Virus record (IMG/VR): IMGVR_UViG_3300020042_005688
Span: 1-25,634 of that record
DNA from: a virus
Lineage: Duplodnaviria; Caudoviricetes
DNA length: 25,634 nt
Reading direction: 5' to 3' (one strand)
In this document: positions 1 to 6,530 of the stretch, one piece after another
Numbering within the stretch: position 1 is the stretch's first letter
Layout: each line of letters starts with the position of its first letter
Program-made: the position numbers and the translations under genes
The notes under the pieces: model-generated
What the model was told of the DNA's origin: nothing
What the model saw: only the letters and a program-made list of their open reading frames with translations
The model's database searches: none

Positions 1-108
1 TTTGCAGAGGTAAGCTACATCACTGGAGAATTATTGCGAGCAAGCATAGAGCCAATGTTCCACACTGGATATAAAACAACCATTAAAAAATTCATCGAAG
101 AACAATGA
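1..108 (+). CDS. 3' end of a hypothetical protein (partial)
   Basis: Frame 1 is open (FAEVSYITG...KKFIEEQ) to TGA at 106-108, which overlaps the next ATG (ATGA). Confidence 0.6.
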   Translation, partial: FAEVSYITGELLRASIEPMFHTGYKTTIKKFIEEQ

Positions 109-911
109 AAAACGCAACTATTGAATACAACTTGGGCAGAGCTTACTACTCACGCTCCGCATCACCGACGAACCTGTCAGCACCTGTCAGCAAATCACTA
201 CTATGGGATTTCAACCAATCACCCTACAAATGGCGGCACAGCACAGGCAGAGAGTCAACCCGCGCTATGGATCTTGGCACGCTGATTCATGCAGCGATAC
301 TAGAGCCGAATATCCCAATGGATGAAATCGCCGCAGTATCGCCGTTCTCTGATTTCCGCACTAAAGCCGCACAGGAATGGCGTGACGATGCGCGAGCGAT
401 GGGGAAAATGATTGCCACAGATGCCGACATTCGCGCTGCTGGTGGGTGTGAAATGGTTTTCTCCGAGGACTACGCACAACGCTTTGCAGGTGATTACAAA
501 TCCGAGGTGGCAGTCTTTGCCACTATCGGCGCAACAGAGATAAAGGGCATGATTGATCTTGTGCCTGACAATCTCGATTTACTGGTGGATCTGAAAACTA
601 CCGCCAAAATCGGCAGTTTGCGGAACATTACCAATACCATCATCGACCGAGGTTATCACTGGCAAGCTGCGTTATATCTCGACCTGTGGAACGCTGCCAC
701 AGAGGAGAAACGCAAACGCTTTGTAATATGCTTCCTCGAGGTGGATGCACCGCACGAATCGGCATGGGTGGAAGTCTCCCCAGAGCTGATCGAGGCAGGG
801 CGCATCGGATACATGAACGCACTTGCGAAGTGGCAAGCGTGCTGTGCCACGGACACATGGCCGCGACAGCATGAAGGGATTACCACTATCGAGAAGCCAG
901 CTTACTTATGA
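105..911 (+). CDS. RecE/exonuclease VIII-like PD-(D/E)XK nuclease (DUF3799-like)
   Basis: Motifs AMDLGTLIHAAILEP, KGMIDLVP, DLKTT, YHWQAALY, typical of phage ExoVIII C-terminal nuclease domains. Confidence 0.85.
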   Translation: MKNATIEYNLGRAYYSRSASPTNLSAPVSKSLLWDFNQSPYKWRHSTGRESTRAMDLGTLIHAAILEPNIPMDEIAAVSPFSDFRTKAAQEWRDDARAMGKMIATDADIRAAGGCEMVFSEDYAQRFAGDYKSEVAVFATIGATEIKGMIDLVPDNLDLLVDLKTTAKIGSLRNITNTIIDRGYHWQAALYLDLWNAATEEKRKRFVICFLEVDAPHESAWVEVSPELIEAGRIGYMNALAKWQACCATDTWPRQHEGITTIEKPAYL

Positions 912-1210
912 ACAAAGAACTACAAAGAATCAAGATAGCGGAAGCGTGTGGGTGGGAAATCAACAAAAGAAAATTGCTAGCAAAACCACCAAACGATAGT
1001 TGGCAATATTTAGATACAATCCCCGACTATCTCAACGACCTCAACGCGATGCATGAAGCGGAGAAGGTGCTGGACACTACTTCAGATCAAAACACGATTG
1101 GATCATATGCCTCTTATGCTCAATGCCTAGCGTGGGATGGTGGGTATTCAGCAACAGCAGCACAACGCGCCGAGGCTTTCTTGAGAGCACTTAACCTTTG
1201 GGAACCATAA
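908..1210 (+). CDS. Conserved small phage protein (possible phage ABA-sandwich-like)
   Basis: IAEACGW...PDYLNDLNAMHEAEKVL...ATAAQRAEAFLRAL pattern; start overlaps the upstream stop. Confidence 0.65.
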   Translation: MNKELQRIKIAEACGWEINKRKLLAKPPNDSWQYLDTIPDYLNDLNAMHEAEKVLDTTSDQNTIGSYASYAQCLAWDGGYSATAAQRAEAFLRALNLWEP

Positions 1211-1289
1211 ACAATTTCTTGCAAACCATTCTGGAAGCAGGTGGCAAGCCGAAACGGGGGAGCGCATCGTACACGCTCACTATACCACT

Positions 1290-1520
1290 ATGAGAAAAAA
1301 ATATGATGCAGTCGCCACCGTGGGCAAATACACGGCAAAGGATGGAACCGAGAAAAAGCGTTACCTGACCGTGGGAGCCGTCTTCGAGAGCGATGAGGGT
1401 AAACTCACCTTAAAGCTCGAAGGCGTGCCTGTATCGCCCGATTGGAGCGGTTGGATCTCATTCTACGAGCCGAAGTTGGGATACACGGGAACAACTGAAA
1501 ACGATCCACCGCCATTCTGA
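1290..1520 (+). CDS. Small ssDNA-binding-like protein
   Basis: Beta-rich 76 aa (GKYTAKDGTEKKRYLTVGAVF) with an acidic tail ending NDPPPF like SSB tails; lies downstream of the recombination nuclease. Confidence 0.6.
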   Translation: MRKKYDAVATVGKYTAKDGTEKKRYLTVGAVFESDEGKLTLKLEGVPVSPDWSGWISFYEPKLGYTGTTENDPPPF

Positions 1521-1777
1521 TGAGTATTTTTGACGACACACCGCTGGAAATTGGCACGCAATACTACGATAAAGAAATTATCGGGTGGAATCCTGATGAG
1601 AGAAAATACCTAGTTGCTTGTCCACACTTTCGCACTAAGGAGCTTTGGCTTTCTAAAGAGAAGGTAGAGTCTGAATATGGAAACAGTCTCATGGCAGGAG
1701 TAGAGTGCCGTGAGTCGAAGCCAGGCAGTAGCTACAACACCCGATATTTCAGGAGTCGAGTCGATGCTCCAGACTGA
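1520..1777 (+). CDS. Hypothetical protein
   Basis: TGATG coupling with the upstream gene; 85 aa. Confidence 0.6.
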   Translation: MSIFDDTPLEIGTQYYDKEIIGWNPDERKYLVACPHFRTKELWLSKEKVESEYGNSLMAGVECRESKPGSSYNTRYFRSRVDAPD

Positions 1778-1822
1778 AAAAATAAGCTTGCATACCGTCA
1801 CCCAATAACGCAACTTAATTAC

Positions 1823-2023
1823 ATGAAGCAACCACCAACATACACCCCAGAAGAAGCTGATAAAGCTGGATTCAAATCAATCACCACGCTATATTTCTTC
1901 AACGATGAAGCCGATATGCAATATCTATCCGCCGTATTGTCAGACATGGCAAATGTTAAGCATTGCTTAATCAAAACGCTGAAAGGCGTGGAAGTAGGAA
2001 GACTTAAAACTGAGATTTTATGA
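1823..2023 (+). CDS. Hypothetical protein
   Basis: 66 aa ORF in operon orientation; its stop overlaps the next start (ATGA). Confidence 0.6.
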   Translation: MKQPPTYTPEEADKAGFKSITTLYFFNDEADMQYLSAVLSDMANVKHCLIKTLKGVEVGRLKTEIL

Positions 2024-2223
2024 ATTTATTCCCAGAATTACCAGAAGAAGAATCACCCCGCCTGAAATGGATGAAAACAAAAAACATCCACACGTTGAAA
2101 ACCAGAGATAACAGATGGGTAGCCTATAAAAGTGAAACCCAACACAATTTCACCCACGAGGATGAGATTGACGCTGTAGTCGGTCTTGCTAAGAAGCTAA
2201 AGATCAAGCTCTGGAAAGAATAG
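2020..2223 (+). CDS. Hypothetical protein
   Basis: 67 aa, ATGA-coupled, last gene before the terminator. Confidence 0.6.
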   Translation: MNLFPELPEEESPRLKWMKTKNIHTLKTRDNRWVAYKSETQHNFTHEDEIDAVVGLAKKLKIKLWKE

Positions 2224-2247
2224 TCACCACATCACCCGAAGCCAACT

Positions 2248-2284
2248 AACCCTGCTAGAATCCCACTAGCGGGGTTTTTGTTTC
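2248..2284 (+). terminator. Intrinsic terminator at the convergence of two operons
   Basis: Stem AACCCTGCTAG/CTAGCGGGGTT with a 7-nt loop, followed by TTTGTTTC. Confidence 0.75.
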
Positions 2285-2473
2285 TCCTTCCACTAAAAAC
2301 GTGGCATACTCGGCGGTGACGATGCGAGCAGCGGCAAGATTGATGTCTTCAGTGCCTATGCAATGAGCGCACATGGGGGATGCTACATTGATCCAATCGG
2401 CAGGATTTCCATCTCTACACGCTCCAAAATCGACTAATGCAAGAGCGTCTTTTAATTGTTGATTTTCGTTCAT
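2255..2473 (-). CDS. Hypothetical protein
   Basis: 72 aa, ATGA-coupled to the upstream minus-strand gene; 3' end runs into the terminator. Confidence 0.5.
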   Translation of the reverse strand: MNENQQLKDALALVDFGACRDGNPADWINVASPMCAHCIGTEDINLAAARIVTAEYATFLVEGETKTPLVGF

Positions 2474-2784
2474 CTTGTTTCTTTCGTTGTTTGGTTGTTT
2501 TTAGTGTAATATGGTCGAACTTCTTTCTGCCATCGTCGTAAAAATGAATCCTCACCATCGTCACCACTAACAAGCCAATCGACCCGTTGAGCCATTTCAG
2601 CAGCTTGGCGTAAAGTATGAACTGTTTCTCTGAATTTTTCGATCACTTCAGGCGGGTAATTTCTCCCGCGAGTATCACCCCATTCATTTTTTGAATCGTC
2701 ATTGTTCGATTCAATTAATTCGTGAATGTCCCTAGCAATGTCTTCAATTCTATATTGTTGGTATTCGAAATGTCCTCCGCTCAT
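2470..2784 (-). CDS. Conserved phage hypothetical protein
   Basis: MSGGHFEYQQYRI...RVDWLVSGDDGEDSF, a pattern I recognise as recurrent in phages; coupled to genes on both sides. Confidence 0.75.
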   Translation of the reverse strand: MSGGHFEYQQYRIEDIARDIHELIESNNDDSKNEWGDTRGRNYPPEVIEKFRETVHTLRQAAEMAQRVDWLVSGDDGEDSFLRRWQKEVRPYYTKNNQTTKETR

Positions 2785-3047
2785 TTTGTTTCTTCTATGT
2801 TGTTTATTATTTTATCAATTTTTGTTGCCATTTCAATACTTCCACAGCACCCACAGGTTGATGTAGCTTTTTTAATATTATTTATTGCAACTCTCAGAAC
2901 ATCTCGTTGATTTATTGCCTTGGCAAGCTCGCGTTCCATAGATGTCATTAAAGTTAACGCCTCTTGCATTATTGCTGGCAACATTATTGGCTCAATCTCG
3001 TCTGGCCATTGATTGCAAAACGCATCAACTCTCGGTGTGTCACTCAT
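2781..3047 (-). CDS. MSDTP/LEREL-family coiled-coil protein (leftward copy)
   Basis: MSDTPRVD...MERELAKAINQRDVL; SD AAAGGAG; paralogous to the genes at 5082-6334. Confidence 0.75.
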   Translation of the reverse strand: MSDTPRVDAFCNQWPDEIEPIMLPAIMQEALTLMTSMERELAKAINQRDVLRVAINNIKKATSTCGCCGSIEMATKIDKIINNIEETK

Positions 3048-3558
3048 TGGAATCTCCTTTCATTTTATTGTTTGGCAGTAGGATAAATGCCGCAATGTGT
3101 CTACCTGTTCCTTTGCCTTTAGTGCCGTCCTCGGTCGCTAACCATCGAACGTCTCCAAGATTGCGAACATTTGTTGCTCCTGTTGCTTTGAGCATCATCA
3201 GCACCCATTTATCTACAGGATAAACAACCACTGACAGCTTTCCTTTTGCTTGTTCTTCAATGGCTTTTCTCATCCATGCTGTTGGTCCTTTCTTTTTTCC
3301 TTCATGGATAATTGAACCGAATGGTGGATTTACCCAGTTACGTTGCCCCCATTCACAAGTCAATCCGTCAAAATCATGCGGCTTAGGACAAGGGCATGGG
3401 TCGAAATCAAATGGTCCAAACTCTGCGACTAGTTCAGCTATTGCTGGTTCATCCCATGGTGTTAGCCAATAATGCTTACCGTCACTGCCATTTCCTTTGT
3501 GAAACTTGTTTTCTTCTGGACGTATTTGAGATTGATGTTTTTTATTATCTGTATTCAT
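3040..3558 (-). CDS. Phage DNA N6-adenine methyltransferase (Dam-like, phage-type family)
   Basis: WLTP, FDFDPCP, DGL..EW and catalytic NPPF motifs; SD AAAGGAA upstream. Confidence 0.85.
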   Translation of the reverse strand: MNTDNKKHQSQIRPEENKFHKGNGSDGKHYWLTPWDEPAIAELVAEFGPFDFDPCPCPKPHDFDGLTCEWGQRNWVNPPFGSIIHEGKKKGPTAWMRKAIEEQAKGKLSVVVYPVDKWVLMMLKATGATNVRNLGDVRWLATEDGTKGKGTGRHIAAFILLPNNKMKGDSNE

Positions 3559-3584
3559 TCTGTTCCTTTCTTTTTATTTCTGTA

Positions 3585-3915
3585 CACAATACATCTCATA
3601 ACCTCCCTAGAGCACGCACGATGAGAAACAATATCTACCATGCGCTTTTATGATCGAAATCAGCCCCTTAGGAGTCAACCTCCTGCCACCTCTGCTTAGT
3701 CTCATGGTGACAACACGCTGGCAGCTTTCCCGCTTCCCGTGCCTAGTGATGAGTGTGGAAGATTCACGTCTTCTCGCGGTGTCCTTTGTTTTGGTCTGTC
3801 TTCAGAATCGAACAGGGGCAAATGAAAAGCCCGTCCAGGCTACGACCTCTGAACGGGCTTCGTTGCCATTTGAACACACAGCAAGAAAGTTTTGTTTGGC
3901 GGTTGTAGCGCGAAC
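3585..3915 (-). ncRNA. Candidate structured leader or ncRNA
   Basis: No credible ORF on the operon strand between the promoter and the methyltransferase; many nested inverted repeats (see findings). Confidence 0.45.
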
Positions 3916-3921
3916 GAGAGA

Positions 3922-3949
3922 AGAATAAACCAAGATTGAAAAAACGCAA
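3922..3949 (-). promoter_or_regulatory. Leftward sigma70-like promoter
   Basis: TTGCGT-N16-TATTCT on the minus strand with an AT-rich upstream tract. Confidence 0.5.
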
Positions 3950-4079
3950 GCACAAATTTTAATGAGTTTTAGACGGCATCACCAAGCGTAAATAGCGCAA
4001 AATACCTAACATAATGCAAGCTGCAACCATTGATTTTACTTGGGAAATAAAAAAGATTAAAAATAAATGAGAAAAAGTA

Positions 4080-4108
4080 TTGACTGAAGACATAAGCCGA
4101 TGTAGAAA
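4080..4108 (+). promoter_or_regulatory. Rightward sigma70-like promoter
   Basis: TTGACT-N17-TAGAAA preceded by a long A-rich UP-like tract; ATG follows 9 nt after the -10. Confidence 0.55.
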
Positions 4109-4117
4109 TCTCTCGCC

Positions 4118-4318
4118 ATGAATACCAAACAAGAACGAGCGCAGAAGCTCGCAATAATCGAAGCCACAGTGAAAGTGAAAACTCACAAACTTATGCATGT
4201 CAAGATGCCGCTGGAGCTACACGCTAAAATCAAATCTGAGGCAGATGTTTTAGGCATGAAGCTGGGACGTTATGTCTGCGGATTGATCGAGAAAGGTAAG
4301 GAGGCAAGCCGTGATTGA
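4118..4318 (+). CDS. Ribbon-helix-helix (Arc/CopG-like) DNA-binding protein
   Basis: KLMHVKMPLELHAKIKSEADVLGMKLGRYVCGLIE fits a strand-helix-helix pattern; first gene after the promoter. Confidence 0.65.
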   Translation: MNTKQERAQKLAIIEATVKVKTHKLMHVKMPLELHAKIKSEADVLGMKLGRYVCGLIEKGKEASRD

Positions 4319-4430
4319 CTTTATCAAAACTCATCCAGTGTTTGTTGTATTTTGCCTCATCATAGGTTTTTACATGGTAGCTTTTACAATCGGTCTAATT
4401 AACCCACCAAAAGATGACTATGAAGACTAA
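4311..4430 (+). CDS. 39-aa single-TM micropeptide (below ORF-track cutoff)
   Basis: GTG start with SD AAGGAGG; MIDFIKTHPVFVVFCLIIGFYMVAFTIGLINPPKDDYED. Confidence 0.6.
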   Translation: MIDFIKTHPVFVVFCLIIGFYMVAFTIGLINPPKDDYED

Positions 4431-4503
4431 AATACTAGAAGCATTTTACACGCTCGCCACAGCAGTAACAGCGGCATTTATCGTCTGGGTAATTTTACCA
4501 TAA
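4420..4503 (+). CDS. 27-aa hydrophobic micropeptide
   Basis: MKTKILEAFYTLATAVTAAFIVWVILP; fills the gap to the next gene at 4508. Confidence 0.5.
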   Translation: MKTKILEAFYTLATAVTAAFIVWVILP

Positions 4504-4507
4504 CCAA

Positions 4508-4756
4508 ATGAACACACCAACACCATCACACGCAGAGCGTATGCAAGCAATTATTGATCTTGCTTTTGACGCTGAAAACGCACTAGACGATAATGACACA
4601 GTGCAGGTCAAAGTTGTAGAGCTTGCTGACTTTGTTAGGCACTATTGGGAGCTATACCAGGCACTGAAAGATCAAGAGCTTGAATTATTAAGCCAAGCAT
4701 CTGTATTGCAGCAGAGAGGCAACAAGATTGAACGACTACTGAAAGGAAAGCTATGA
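4508..4756 (+). CDS. Hypothetical helical protein
   Basis: 82 aa, ATGA-coupled to the next gene. Confidence 0.65.
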   Translation: MNTPTPSHAERMQAIIDLAFDAENALDDNDTVQVKVVELADFVRHYWELYQALKDQELELLSQASVLQQRGNKIERLLKGKL

Positions 4757-5085
4757 GTGCAAAAATGAAAACATCGCCGACACAGCTGTCCTTGGCGCAC
4801 CTGCGCAAGACCTGTGACTTAGTTGAAGTCGTGGAGAAGTGGAATAGCTTCGTTAAGATACGCCAAGACCTATTCGGCATCATAGACATACTGGCATTGA
4901 GCGGCACTGAGACAATAGCCGTGCAAAGCACCTCATGGAGCAATGTGAAAAGCCGTGTAGACAAGATGAGCGAGTCACCTAACATCTCAGCAATTCGTGC
5001 AGCAGGATGGAAAATCCTCGTTCACGGATGGAAGAAGAACACAAAAACAAATAGATACGAACTGAAAGAAATAGACATATCATGA
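4753..5085 (+). CDS. Small PD-(D/E)XK-fold nuclease (resolvase-like)
   Basis: VEK...QDLFGIIDILAL...IAVQST...ILVHGW resembles restriction-endonuclease-fold phage proteins. Confidence 0.65.
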   Translation: MSAKMKTSPTQLSLAHLRKTCDLVEVVEKWNSFVKIRQDLFGIIDILALSGTETIAVQSTSWSNVKSRVDKMSESPNISAIRAAGWKILVHGWKKNTKTNRYELKEIDIS

Positions 5086-5444
5086 GCAACACACCGAGAA
5101 CAGATAGATACGAACTGCATTACATAGAGAATGGAAATGTAAGCAAATTGATTAACCTAGCTAGAGAACTAGAACGCGAGCTTGCCGACATGACCAAACA
5201 GCGCGATACGTTGGCTGAGGCTATCAAATCAGCGGGGATAACCAAGCAGCGCAATGCGTTGGCTAAGGCTATCAAATCAGCGGGGATAACCAAGCAGCGC
5301 AATGCGTTGGCGGAGGCTATCAAATCAGCGGGGATGATTTATATTCCTAACAGCGGTGGCGCATATCAAGCTGGATGGAGAGATGCTGTCAGTTGGATCA
5401 ATCAGCAAGCCCTAGTTTTCGTGAAAGGAGGATCACATGAGTGA
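5082..5444 (+). CDS. MSDTP/LEREL-family protein 1
   Basis: MSNTPRTD...LERELADMTKQRD...KGGSHE; contains three copies of a 16-aa repeat. Confidence 0.75.
   Translation: MSNTPRTDRYELHYIENGNVSKLINLARELERELADMTKQRDTLAEAIKSAGITKQRNALAKAIKSAGITKQRNALAEAIKSAGMIYIPNSGGAYQAGWRDAVSWINQQALVFVKGGSHE
5193..5336 (+). repeat. 3 x 48-bp in-frame tandem repeat
   Basis: Units start at 5193, 5241 and 5289: ACCAAGCAGCGCAATGCGTTGGCT(A/G)AGGCTATCAAATCAGCGGGGATA with few mismatches. Confidence 0.95.
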
Positions 5445-5979
5445 CACACCGACACCAATAACAGATGAATTAGCAAAAGAATTTGCAGGAAAACGAGTGT
5501 CCAGCAAAGAAGCTGGTGCAGTTTGGAATCTTTGCAGGGATTTAGAACGTGAGCTTGCCGAGGCGAAACAAAAAAGAAGCGATGTTAATAAACACACAAC
5601 AACCAACAACCAACAACCAACAACCAATAAGACTATGAATAATATATTTGAACGAATCGAAATTGCTGAATCCCTTGGCTATATTAGCTACGGAAATTGT
5701 AGTGACACTCCAGAGCAAAAAGCCATTGCGAAATGGTGGAATGCTGAAAACCCTAGCTCATTAGTAGAATTGCCTACGCTCAACGAGTTGACTATTGAGA
5801 AGCTGGAGCGCGAGCTAGCCGACATGACCGAGCAGCGCGATGCGTTGGCTGAGGCTTTAGATACGCTATTGGCTGTTGTTGGACTAACTCCGATTGCAGG
5901 GAATAAGCAAGCATTACAGGAAGCATTTGACCAAGGAAACAAAGCCCTAGCAGCCACGAAAGGAGGGAACGATGAGTGA
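5437..5979 (+). CDS. MSDTP/LEREL-family protein 2 (two LERELA blocks; possible internal start at 5635)
   Basis: SD AAAGGAGG; ATGAGTGA overlap; ends ALAATKGGNDE. Confidence 0.75.
   Translation: MSDTPTPITDELAKEFAGKRVSSKEAGAVWNLCRDLERELAEAKQKRSDVNKHTTTNNQQPTTNKTMNNIFERIEIAESLGYISYGNCSDTPEQKAIAKWWNAENPSSLVELPTLNELTIEKLERELADMTEQRDALAEALDTLLAVVGLTPIAGNKQALQEAFDQGNKALAATKGGNDE
5597..5624 (+). repeat. (CAACAAC)4 microsatellite
   Basis: Four exact 7-mers inside the CDS, ending 10 nt before the in-frame ATG at 5635. Confidence 0.9.
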
Positions 5980-6334
5980 TACACCCCGCACGGACTCGGC
6001 AATCCGCAACTCAGGCGGCCAGTGGAGCTATGGCCTTCGCGAAACATGCGAGCAACTCGAACGCGAGCTTGACGAGGCGAAGGAAAAGATGCTCAACAAT
6101 CCATTTTGCGTGGCATGCAAAGAACCTGATTGCTGTGTTAGCGGCGATGGAACATGCGCGTTGATACGAAAATATTTGACAGTAGACGAAACCACCAAAC
6201 AGCGCGATGCGTTGGCTAATGCTTTGGAATCACTTGCTAAAGCGATCATCAGCGGAGTTCCATACGACATTATTGATTTGCTTGATGATTTAGAGCAAGC
6301 CCTAGCCACACTGAAAGGAGGGAGCCATGAGTGA
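5972..6334 (+). CDS. MSDTP/LEREL-family protein 3 with Cys-rich insert
   Basis: MSDTPRTD...LERELDEAK...CVACKEPDCC...C...TKQRDALA...KGGSHE. Confidence 0.75.
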   Translation: MSDTPRTDSAIRNSGGQWSYGLRETCEQLERELDEAKEKMLNNPFCVACKEPDCCVSGDGTCALIRKYLTVDETTKQRDALANALESLAKAIISGVPYDIIDLLDDLEQALATLKGGSHE

Positions 6335-6530
6335 ACGCGCCTTGGAACTTGCCACCGCGCTGGAGGCTGAGCTTTTGGCGCAGTTTGAAAAGCTCGATGC
6401 AACGATGCAGCGACCAGAGTTTGCATCGTTTCCGATCGATGAGCGCAACAAGATCGAGCGCAAGCACTCAGAGATCAGCGGGTTATTGACCAAATCGGAT
6501 TTTATCAAGTATCAAATATCGAGATTATGA
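6327..6530 (+). CDS. Hypothetical protein
   Basis: SD AAAGGAGG and ATGAGTGA junction; 67 aa. Confidence 0.65.
   Translation: MSERALELATALEAELLAQFEKLDATMQRPEFASFPIDERNKIERKHSEISGLLTKSDFIKYQISRL

Noticed and set aside
3585-3760. Retron msr-msd or DGR element
   Set aside because: No reverse transcriptase in the window, and no TR/VR pair with adenine-specific differences was seen.
3796-3815. tRNA suggested by GTTCGATTC on the minus strand
   Set aside because: No T-stem, acceptor stem or cloverleaf can be built around it.
3650-3955. ORFs 3650-3928 (+) and 3764-3955 (-)
   Set aside because: Atypical composition and no coupling to neighbours; they overlap the promoter and hairpin region. Not fully excluded.
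3950-4079. Replication origin in the AT-rich divergent region
   Set aside because: No iterons or consensus DnaA boxes seen; the AT-richness is explained by promoter UP elements.
5193-5336. Possible CRISPR array
   Set aside because: Units are contiguous without unique spacers, in frame within a CDS, and no cas genes are present.
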